From: Octopus vulgaris
Taxonomy: Eukaryota
Direction: 5' to 3'
Assembly (NCBI GenBank): GCA_951406725.2
Contig: OX597818.1
Coordinates: 80,786,001 to 80,850,000 of the forward strand
DNA length: 64,000 nucleotides
The position numbers and the translations under genes are program-made. Below the pieces are notes generated by a model. The model worked only from the letters and a program-made list of their open reading frames with translations. It was not told the DNA's origin and did not search any database. This document shows, piece after piece, positions 13,510 through 24,042 of the stretch (the first letter of the stretch is position 1; each line of letters opens with the position of its first letter).

Positions 13510-14580
13510 TTTACTAGTTTCAGCCAACAGCACTGCCTTTCAATGGTGAAGTTGTGAGTTGGACGGATCCGCTCTTCTTTGCGCCTTCTGTTACAATGTG
13601 GGTTCATCTGAGATTTCAGAGAGAAATTTGTTTGGATGCTCTTTCAAGATCTCCACATCTACACCTTACAAATCTTTGAGCTTGTTTGGCTGGATGTTGA
13701 ACAATCGTGGACCCTTGGAATGCAAACTGTTACAATGCTGGGTCCTTATTCAAGATAGAGAAGACAGGATCTTTGGTATTATGAAGTGCTGTCCAGTTTG
13801 GTGGTTGCTATAACTTTCAATTCCAAAGGTGGGAGGTATACCTTCCAGGATTGTCCTCCTGTATGTCACTGCATATCTTTCTTGCCTTCTCTCCATGGAG
13901 TAGAGCTTCAGTTCTTTTTGCCTCTCCCAGTAGTTTGACCGTTTCACTGAATCAATATTCTTTGTGTAGCGACACTGGGTTGCCTCAAGTTTGAGACTTT
14001 ATGGTAACCATATTTGAGTGCAGTAACCCAAATGAACGAGAATGAAAGTTCTCCATACAAGTAGGAAGGGATCTTCTTTTACTGGTTCTGAATGATCTGA
14101 GAATCTGTCCAGCTGTTCACCCACACAATATCGACATCTGGGTAATATGCACATGGAATGTTGCAGCATTACTTATATGGGTTCCCAGGTAAATTACCTA
14201 TTCTAACTCTGGGATTATACCACCCCAGGCCCTGTGTATTTCAATTGTAGTTTGTTTGTGGGATGACAGTGGAGTGCTTGAAACTTCTCGGCATTCAACT
14301 GCATATTATTTTCATCAGCTCATATTTATATTGCATGCAGGTCATTTTGTAGTTCTAGTATGTCTTCAGGGTCCTTGACTACCTGTGATACATTTGTATC
14401 ATCAGCATAGCTGATAAGAATGACTAGCTGTATAACTGAGGTCATGACCAAGGGAGCCACCACAAACAGTAGTGATCTCAGTATAGTTCCTTGAGGGACT
14501 CCACTATAGATAAGTGTATCCCCAGAACCATTGGCTACAACTGTCTGATTTCTGTCTGTTAAAAAGAGTCATACCACCAG
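13510..14580 (-). mobile_element. Decayed CR1/L2-group LINE reverse transcriptase 3' portion
   Basis: Minus strand GVPQGTIL, ISYADDTNV and NYWERQKELKLYSMERRQERY motifs, with stops and frameshifts. Confidence 0.8.
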
Positions 14581-15104
14581 TATTACTAACCAAAGTGTCA
14601 TTAATGAAACTCCATTCAATAGAGTTACCAAAAATTTCCTATCTACACATACACACACATACCTTCCTACACATGCACACATATATAATTATTTATATAT
14701 CATAAATATGATCAATATGTCTACTTGAATGCATTGTACCATTCGTTATATCTCTGGAGAAAATAATTATTTTAACTAATCTTTCTTTGATAATGACGTA
14801 TTGATAAAAGTTTGTATACATTTGTGCATACCTACTTGTGTCTATATGTGTGTGTGTGTCTGGGTATGCATGTGTGTATTCATGTGTGTATGCGTGTGCA
14901 TGTATGTACACCTGCATGTCAGTATAATCCTACACCATTAATATATTTAACCAAACTTCCCCTGTTGTAATTGTAGTGACTTCGTAATTAACAGTCGGTG
15001 CTACATGTAAGTATGACTCCAATAATGTGCATAACTTGCTCTTGTAGCAACTAGAAACTGACTCTGCTACTAACAAGCGAGTCTCTTAGCTTTTGTTGTT
15101 ATAC

Positions 15105-16270
15105 TTAGTATTTAGTATGTCTGAGATGTGTACAAACTTACACCAAAAAATTAAACCTAAAGATTGTTTGTTTAGTTTTAGCACGTTTGTGATATGTACA
15201 AACTTAGACCAAATAGTTAGACTTGGTGGTTGCTTAAATTAGTCTTTTTAGTACCTCTAAAATGTTTACAAACTTAAACCAAAAATTTAGACATAGAGGT
15301 TATTTATTTAGTCTCTATTGCATCTGAGATGTGTATAAACTTAGACCAAATAGTTAGACTTAGAGTTTATTATTTAGTCTTTAGTACTTCTAAACTATGT
15401 ACAAACTTAGACCAAATAATTAGACCTGAATGTTGTTCATTTAGTTTTTAGTACCTCTAAAATGTGTATAAACTTAGATGAAATAATTAGACCTAGAGCT
15501 TGTTTGTTTAGTCTTTAATACATATGATAAATGTACAAACTTAGATGAAATAGTTATGCCTAGAGGTTATTATTTTGTCTTTAGTACCTCGACTATGTGC
15601 AAAATTAGACCAAATAATTAGACCTAGATGTTCCTTATTTAATCTTTAGTATCACTGAAATGTGTACAAATTAGACCAACTAATTAGATCTAGAGATTAT
15701 TTACTACTTTGAGATGTGTACAAAATTAGGCCAAATAGTTAGAGCTAGTGGTTGTTATATTTAGTCTTTAGCACCCCTGAGATGTCAACAAATTTAGACC
15801 AAGAGGTTGTATGATTTAATTTTTAGCACCTTTGAGATGTGTACAAAATTAGACCAAGAGGTTGTTATATTTAGTCTTTAGTACCTCTGAAATGTGTACA
15901 AACTTAGACCAAAGAGTTAGACCGAGAGGTTTGTTTAAATCTGTCTTTGCTACCTCTGAGATATGTGCAATATTAGATTAAATAGTTAAACTTACAGGTT
16001 ATTATATTTTGTCTTTTGTATTGCTGAAATGGTTCTAAATTAGACCAACAAAGTTAGACCAAATAGTGAGACTTGGAGGTTATTTATTTAGTCTTTAGTA
16101 ACTCTGAAATATGTCCAAACTTAGACCAAATAATTAGACCTAGAGGTTGTTATATTTTAGTCTTTAGTATCTCTGTTCAAATTTAGACCAAATACATAGA
16201 ACTAGAGGTTATTTAAATTAGTCTTTAGTACTTCTGAGATGTGTACAAACTTAGTAAAACTAGACTTAGA
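15105..16270. repeat. Minisatellite, ~18 diverged copies of a ~67-bp unit
   Basis: Consensus ~TCTGAGATGTGTACAAACTTAGACCAAATAGTTAGACCTAGAGGTTGTTATATTTAGTCTTTAGTACC. The TGTACAAA anchor recurs at 15129, 15195, 15265, 15332, 15398, 15465, 15532 ... 16242; some units are 54-55 bp. Confidence 0.9.
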
Positions 16271-16749
16271 GCCTGTTGATCTTGAATGCAAAAGAAAATA
16301 ACAAAGAAATTGAGCAAAGCTTTTGTTGTTAAAATGTTTGAAAAAAAAATGTCATCTTTATGACTGAGTGTTGTATTTGTAGGGATCATGTGTTGATCCC
16401 CTTCCCTTCCCCTTTTTGTTCACTTTCCTCTGCTTCTTTTTTCCATTTATCCATGTTCAGTTTCTAAAAGTTTTACCTGATGTTGTCATTCAGTTAAAGT
16501 CCTCTATTTAGACCAAAAGTACATTAACTTCAGTGAAAATATTTAGTAACATTCAACTATTTTTTATCAATCTACTTTTATGAACCTACAGATATCTGGT
16601 CACATACCTTCTATAAATAATAATAATTAGTCATATTTTTCTTTTGAAAACATTGAATGCCTGCAAAAAAACTAAGGGAGCTAAATCTGTAATTTCTGCC
16701 AATCAAAAATGTTCGTTTACATGCATTTATAATATTTTATGAAATCCTT

Positions 16750-16967
16750 TAAACCCTAGCATTTAAACCAGCCATATCTGGCCCAATATTTTACCTGTTT
16801 TATGTTCAAACTGGCCAGATCAAACCTCTCAAAACTATGTTACATTGTCATTTTAAAAATAAACAATTACATCATTGAAATCTCAAAGCTATGAGATAAA
16901 GCATGATTGACTCAAAACTGTGGATAAATAAGCATTACATTTGATAATTGAAATGTTAAAGGGTTAA
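16750..16967. mobile_element. ~220-bp piggyBac-like MITE family (representative copy)
   Basis: Termini (T)TAACCCTTTAGCATT ... AATGCTAAAGGGTTAA. Further copies at ~5234-5415, 21260-21488, 22920-23154, 27541-27756, 42921-43128 and a tandem pair at 48720-49142. Confidence 0.7.
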
Positions 16968-17271
16968 ATAGTGGCTTTAAAGTATATATTTCTACTTGTA
17001 TACAAGGACAGAGAGCTTAAATGTGCTCCTATGGTTATTGTATGACATCTCAGCATTTACTAAAATTTCAAATTGAGAGAGAGCTGTGATTTTTTTTGTT
17101 ATGTGTGAGTTATGGATTTCTTTTTTATAATTCTAAAATACAAGTTTTTGAAATAAAAATTATTAGAAAAACTAGTGTTACTTGTAAAATGACAGGTAAC
17201 TTTGGGAGTAAGCTTTTACTATTATGAGTAAGATCAGGAAATATGGCATACATATATACAAAATAATTCTT

Positions 17272-17678
17272 TCTCTTTTACTCTCTTTTACTTGTTTCAG
17301 TCATTTGACTGCGGCCATGCTGGAGCACCACCTTTAGTCGAGCAAATTGACCCCGGGTCTTATTCTTTGTAAGCCCAGTACTTATTCTGTCGGTCTCTTT
17401 TGCCGAACCGCTAAGTGACGGGGACGTAAACACACCAGCATCGGTTGTCAAGCAATGCTAGGGGGACAAACTCAGACACACAAACACACATACATATATA
17501 TATATACATATATACGACAGGCTTCTTTCAGTTTCCGTCTACCAAATCCACTCACAAGGCTTTGGTCGGCCCGGGGCTATAGCAGAAGACACTTGCCCAA
17601 GATGCCACGCAGTGGGACTGAACCCGGAACCATATGGTTGGTTAGCAAGCTACTTACCACACAGCCACTCCTGCGCCT
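17272..17678 (-). mobile_element. tRNA-derived SINE family A (octopus OR-type-like) with internal (TA/CA) microsatellite, representative copy
   Basis: Head GGAGTGGCTGTGTGGTAAG...GGTTCAGTCCC (A/B boxes), CTTGGGCAAGT segment, tail GACTGAAACAAGTAAAAGAG. About 20 copies or fragments, e.g. 4590-5052, 5418-5750, 26570-26960, 27795-28228, 37733-38157, 42346-42765, 45030-45810, 48186-48566. Confidence 0.9.
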
Positions 17679-18679
17679 ATGTTATTTAACTTTTTCTGGA
17701 CGCTACGCATTAATACGTTAATCTCCATATAATAATCCTTTCCACAATAGGCACAAGGCCTGAAATTTGGGAGAGGGGACTAGTCAATTACATCAACCCC
17801 CAGCTTTTCACTGGTACTTATTTCATTAATTGTTATTTAACTTTTATCAAATTTCTTGGTGTTTATACAAAATGAGCAAATTAAAACTAACTTTTAAAGG
17901 ATACAAATTTCTCATTTATGTATTTGCAATAAATATGATATTTTTTAAAATTTTATCAACATAGTCACATTGTAATCCATTGAAAATCTATCTCTGGAAA
18001 AAATGTGTAATTTTCAGAAAATATCTATTTCTTTTTCACCCCCCCCCCTCTCAGGGGTTCTTGATCATTTTTTATTTATGGGGCCCCTTTGATTACTATT
18101 TTATTTTATTCTGGTGGATCCCCATAGTCATTCGGTGTATAAAAACTAGCTTTATAGATGCTTCTTTGAAAATTCCTATTTTGTTTTTCACACATTAACT
18201 TGTGTAGGGTGAACTATGTAAAATTATTAGAGAGAGAAACCTAGCTGTTCCTTGCAATACATATCAATAAATACACCTAGAGCAAAATAATTTTAGGGAC
18301 CCTTAAAATACTATTGTGGATCCCCAATTTACTATTTTGCTGTGTGGACCCCCTAAAATCTTATATGGACCCTGGTGAAGAACCATTGCTCTGTACGATG
18401 TAAAAGTGATTGCAGTAATCAACCAACCAAACAACTAGCCAACAGTTAGGCAGTGAGCTGGCAGAATCATTAGCACATTGGACGAAATGCTTAGTGGTAT
18501 TTTGCCCACCACTACATTATGAGTTCAAATTCCTCTGAGGTTGACTTTGCTTTTCATCCTTTTGGGGTCAATGAAATAAGTACCAGTGAAAAGCTTGTGG
18601 TTGATGTAATTGACTAGTTCCCTCTCCCAAATTTCAGGCCTTGTGCCTATTGTGGAAAGGATTATTATATGGAGATTAA

Positions 18680-18901
18680 CGTATTAATGCGTGGCGTCCA
18701 GAAAAATTGGACACAGGAAAAATTACTAGTACTTGTTTCGTATGTGTGTATAGTTGGTTTGTTTGTATGCATCTCTTGCTCACTCACAGAGCACTAGTTT
18801 AGAGGCAGACTATACCAAAGATAAGCTCAATAGGTAGTTTACTTACCAAACAATTGTAGTTTTTCCTGCGTCCATTTTTCTGGATGCTAATCATTAATGG
18901 G
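18680..18901. mobile_element. TTAA-flanked MITE
   Basis: TTAA-CGTATTAATGCGTGGCGTCCAGAAAAATTGGAC ... GTCCATTTTTCTGGATGCTAATCATTAATGGG-TTAA. Confidence 0.65.
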
Positions 18902-19713
18902 TTAAGGGCAGTGAGTTGGCAGAATCCTTAATGCATTGGAGAAAATGCTTAGTGGCATTTCTTCTGATACTTTATACTCTAAGCTCAAATGCCACTGAGG
19001 TTGACTTTGCCTTTCATCCTTTTGTGTTCAATAAAATAAGTACCACTCAAGAATTGGAGCCAATGTAATCAACTGCCTTCACCTCAAATTCCAAGCCTTG
19101 TGACTGTAGTAAAATGAAATTATTATACAGAGATTACAGTAACTAAAATTGACATCAGAATGTTAGGTAATTTCTAAAAGTTTTAGCTGTGTCCACCAAC
19201 TTTAAACTTACGACAGTAAGTGAATGTTCTAGAAACTGCTGTCAGAAACAATAATACTTCAACAAATCAATAGTTTAGACTGCTTTCTTCTTATAAATAT
19301 TATTGTTGAGTTTCCTTAAATAGGCCAAGCTATCAAAACCATTTTAGGTATTTTTTTAATCTTTTACCTGTTTCAGATATTAGACTGTAGCTGTGCTAGG
19401 GCACTGCCTTGAATTTTTAGTTGAATGAATCAACTCCAGTACTTATATTTTTAGGGCTGGTACTTATTCTATCGATCTCTTTTGCCAAACTGCTAAGTTA
19501 CAGAGACGTGAACACACCCACACTGGTTGTCAAGTTGTGATTGGGAAACAAACACAGACACACACTCATAGATATACACACACATACACACACACACACA
19601 CACATATATATATATGTATGTATGTATGTATATATATATATATATAAATGAAAGAATGAGTTGAATATAAATGAAAGAATGGAGTTGAACGACGAATTAA
19701 CAAAATTCCTTTA

Positions 19714-19796
19714 TTTTCGACATATGTTTCGAAGGCTGCATATTCCTAATTGCGAAGGAATGAGGAGTACATTATGCCGCTTTCTCATCAGGAAAA
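19714..19796 (-). ncRNA. Type I hammerhead ribozyme, mirror copy in the left arm of the fold-back
   Basis: Reverse complement of 20003-20085 with one difference (a G-C instead of G-U pair in stem II); full core present on the minus strand. Confidence 0.85.
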
Positions 19797-20002
19797 GCAA
19801 GGAACTTATGTCAACATCAAAATACACAAAAAACTTTTAGATGATTGCTCACACGGAGCCCATAGCGATAAGAGTGTCTCTTTAAAATATTCCTTTATAT
19901 CTATATATTCCTTTAAAGAGACACTCATTATCGCTATGGGCTCCGTGTGAGCAATCATCTAAAAGTTTTTTGTGTATTTTGATGTTGACATAAGTTCCTT
20001 GC

Positions 20003-20085
20003 TTTTCCTGATGAGAAAGCGGCATAATGTACTCCTCATTCCTTCGCAATTAGGAATATGTAGCCTTCGAAACATATGTCGAAAA
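20003..20085 (+). ncRNA. Type I hammerhead ribozyme (Penelope-like element type), intact core
   Basis: TTTTC-CTGATGA-[stem II GAAAGCGGCAT...ATGTAGCCTTC]-GAAA-CATATG-TC-GAAAA. Stem I TTTTC/GAAAA is extended by TTCCTT/AAGGAA, stem III ACATATGT is palindromic, and GUC predicts cleavage after 20080. Confidence 0.85.
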
Positions 20086-22180
20086 TAAAGGAATTTTGTT
20101 AATTTGTCGTTCAACTCCATTCTTTCATATATTTATATTTTTAAAATAAACATACAAATTTCCACACGAAAGCACGTAATCTATGCCCTAGACACGTAAC
20201 TTCAACCGTGTTTTTTCTGATGTAAATTTGCTACCCATGTATCGGTTAATTCAAATTATCCATAATAAGATAATTCATTCAACTACTCAAATATGTATAT
20301 ATGTATATATATATATGTATATAGATAATAACAAATTAATAAATAAAACATGCATATATACATACATATATGTACGTACCTACATCTACATGTATATATG
20401 GGTACAGGACACCAAAAAACGTCAAACACAATGAGAAACGAAAACATAAACACAAAACCAAGGAAATGGACATTTTTCTTAAACAACAAAAAAATAGAGT
20501 ACAGGACATACAACACAAGGAAAATTCCCCTTCTTCAGTCGCCTCTGTTTCATCTACTCCGCATTTCATATATATATGACTGGCTTCTTTCAGTTTCTGT
20601 CTATCAAATCCACTCATGGTGCTTTGGTCAGCTGAGGCTATAGTAGAAGACACTTACCCAAGGTGACATGCTGTGGAATTGAACCCAGAGCCACATGGTT
20701 GGGAAGCAAGTTTCTTACCACACAGTCACTCCTGCATCTTGTTTATGTAGCCAAGGCCTTTTGAGGGAAAGCATTAATGTCAGTGGAATTCAAAATTAAT
20801 TCTCTTCTTACTGAATTCTTGTTAAAAAAACACTTTTTTTCATTAATTTTGGTAACAAGGAAGAATTCAATAAAATATCTTTATCACTATTAAACTGGAA
20901 TTTGGAACATGAATTAATATGCTATTTTTATGGAAAATTTTAATTTAGTTTACTTTAAAATAAGAAGTTTGTATCGTAGATCCATAGCTGGTTTTGAGTG
21001 GTTTGGTATCAAACAAAACTGACTTGTTTTTATAAATCACAGTTGTGTGGGTGGAGAATTGAATCAAATAAAATTTCAGTACATGTCATTTGATCAATTT
21101 GCCTAAATACCTGTATTACAGCAAAAATTTATTCTCAGAAACTTGTATTAAGTATTGATCACTAAAGATTTTGTCTGTCATAAAATTTGTTTCTAAAATC
21201 ACTTAAATCAATATTTTAGATCAGCATAGAGTCTAGAGTTAGTTCTGTAGTTTCATTTTCAACCTTTTAGCATTCAGATTACTCTGTCAAATTATTTATG
21301 CTTATTTATTCACATTGTTTTGAATTAATCATGCATTTTCTCATAGCTTTGAGACTGCAATGATATGAGTGTTTATTTTTAGAAAGAAATTGTAGAATAA
21401 GTATGAGAGGTCAGATCCGACCAGTCTGAACATAAGACAGGTAGAATATGGGGGCTGGACATAGCCAGTTTAAATGCTATTGGGTTAATGTTTATTTGCA
21501 TAAATCGACGTTTTGGATCATCATAAACTCCAAAGTTCTTTAGTTTTGTATTCAGTGTCTGATTAAGAAAATATAGCTGTCATTGAAAGGGGGGAAAAAA
21601 AGCAAGAATCAAATTAGTAATTCTGTAAATTGTTTTGAATATATTTACAATGAATATCACTTAAATTTAAAAATAGAATTTGCTTTAATTAGCATTTGTT
21701 TCCAGATAAATATTTTCACTCTAGTTGTACATTTTTATGATTAAACACAATTGGGACTCTCACATCAGATTTTGAATTTTAGTGGCCTTATGGAACATCT
21801 GCAAAGACTTCCTTGGCACTATACAGAGGTGGCTTGCCATTGTCTTCCACATGCACACACACACACACCATCATCATCATCAACATCATTATCAGTGTTT
21901 TAACATCCACTTTTCCATGCTCACATAGGTCAGGCATATAGTTTTTTTTTCACTGACACTGAAGCAACGAGTTTGTTTCACACCACTGCAACCTTCAAAC
22001 AAAAACTGCAATCCCTTAAATGCCTGATCTAAAACATTGCTTCACTTGAAGTTCACAGCGGTGTAAAACTCAAATCATAATACAAACTCCCAGCTTCAGT
22101 TTCAATAAAAAAAAATGTATATCCTATTAAACATGTAATGAGCACTCCATTCTCTTTGTTTGGCATAACGCAACATACAT

Positions 22181-22217
<37 letters not shown>

Positions 22218-23629
22218 TGAAAAAATTTGGAGTCAACAAAGAGTATGGTTGGACATCTATTTTCAATCACTACAGTTGGAAGTACATATAATACTACTAC
22301 TGGATAGCACAGGGTGAAATCTGAAGGTGGATGATCTTTATACTGTACTCTACTATGTTCTTAACAGAATATACCATAACTTTATACCTATGGTACCCTG
22401 AGGGTACACTCTGACACCTCATCGTCACTGTCTTGTCTCCCTTTCTAGCTGGAGTAACCATGTATCTCCTCGCAGCAAGACAAGACACCTGTTCCTGTCT
22501 CTATTTCTCTGTACACCTACCACAAAGCCACCTTCCCTAATACAACACTCCCACACAGTCAAGGAGTCTTGTGTTGTTAGTTACTTGGTGATCTCACTGG
22601 TGCTGGTGCCACAAAAGATAAAAGCACCCAGTATGATCCATAAAGCGGCTTGAGTCAGGAAGGGCATCAATCTGTAGAAGCCATATCAAAGCAGACGCTG
22701 GAGCTCAGCACCATCTTCTGGCTTTGTCAGTTCTTGTCAAACCATCCAATCCATGCCAACATGGAACTTGGACATTAAATGATGATGATATCCACAATGA
22801 TGATCTTGATGATTGTACTGCATTAAGAAATTCAGTTTTTTTTTCATATGAAATTACAATTCTAAAATATGAAAAGCAAAACAGGAAACTGGAAAAGAAA
22901 ACTTGAATTTTCGGTGTCTTTTAATCCTTTAAGTATTCAGATTCCTCTGTCAAACAATGCTTATTTAATTAAACTGGTTTGTTTTAATCAAGCATTATCT
23001 CATGAAGCTTTTGAGATTTCAATGATGTGATGGTATATTTTTACAATGACATTGTATGGTAAGTGTGAGAGGCTGAATCTAGCTGGTTTGAACATAAATT
23101 GTATAGAATATTCAGGTCTGATATAGCAGTCAGTTTAAATGCTTAAAGGGTTAATGTTGTAGTCTACGGTTGTCATACACCCCACCCCATCCCTACCTCC
23201 CCACCCCACCCTCTACCACACCCATTGCTTTGTGGATGAAACTGGGTAGATGGAAATAATGCGGAAGCCTGACTAGGGGAATTGAACCTATAATTCCAAG
23301 ATTTAACCTTTACATCTAAGAATTCATGCATATTAAGGGTACATAATGTTTTTGGAATACTCAACCACATACATGTGGATGGATCCTTGCATCAGTTCTG
23401 ACTTATGTAGAGTAGTTATAATAACTGGTGTGATAGGTGTTGTTGATTTCGCTATAGTTGTTGTTTTTGCTGTTGTTGTTTTGACTTGTTTTTTTTTTTG
23501 TTGCTACCGTTGTTGTTGTCATCATTGCTATTAATATCATTGTTTTTATTTCAGTAGTTGTTGTTGATATCATTGTCATTTTTTTTTGTTTTTATTGTTT
23601 TTGAAAACATGGGATGAGGTGGTGATCTT

Positions 23630-24042
23630 TGGTTGTTGGGCCCTACAGAGGCATTGACAAGTGACCGAGACGTCTGGCAATGTGCTGTGCTTGAGAAGAC
23701 ACATCAAGCTAAGTGAACTGAGGTCGTTGCCAGTGCTGGTGACATGTAAACGGCACGTGTGCCGGTGAAACATAAAGGGCACCCATGCCACTGACATGTA
23801 AAAGGCACCCATGCCAGTGAAATGCAAAGGGCACCAGTGCCAGTGACACATAAAAGGCACCCCTACTGGAGGCACATAAAACACCCAGTACACTCTATAA
23901 AGTGGTTGGCATTAAGAAGGACATTCAGTCTTAAAAACCCAGCCAAAACTGATGACTGGAGCCAGGTGCAGCTCTCTAGCTTAACAGTCCCAGCCAAAAC
24001 GTCTAACCCATGCCAGCATGGAAAATGGACATTAAATGATGG
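23630..24042 (+). mobile_element. RTE LINE 3' UTR fragment with internal ~25-bp tandem repeats
   Basis: About six copies of GTGCCAGTGACACATAAAAGGCACC-like units (23730-23885), then the shared CCATGCCAGCATGGAAAATGGAC end. Similar tail fragments lie near 12840-13110, 22560-22800, 33125-33270, 43700-43855, 50300-50480 and 56140-56480. Confidence 0.65.

Larger units (their letters stand above)
19671..20128. repeat. Near-perfect inverted repeat (arms 19671-19886 and 19912-20128, 25-bp spacer), Penelope-like element terminus fold-back
   Basis: Arms are reverse complements with only about 3 differences. Each carries a hammerhead. Located in the internal (TA)n of a SINE. Confidence 0.95.
19362..20735 (-). 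mobile_element. SINE family A copy split by nested insertions
   Basis: Tail half 19362-19565 and head half 20575-20735 are separated by ~1 kb that includes the hammerhead fold-back. Confidence 0.8.

Noticed and set aside
15105-16270. Possible CRISPR array or repeat-protein exon
   Set aside because: Units are contiguous with no unique spacers, lengths are not multiples of three, stops are frequent, and the context is eukaryotic with no cas genes.
18052-18388. hAT-like element with CAGGGGTTCTT termini
   Set aside because: Termini are only partly complementary and no matching 8-bp TSD was found.
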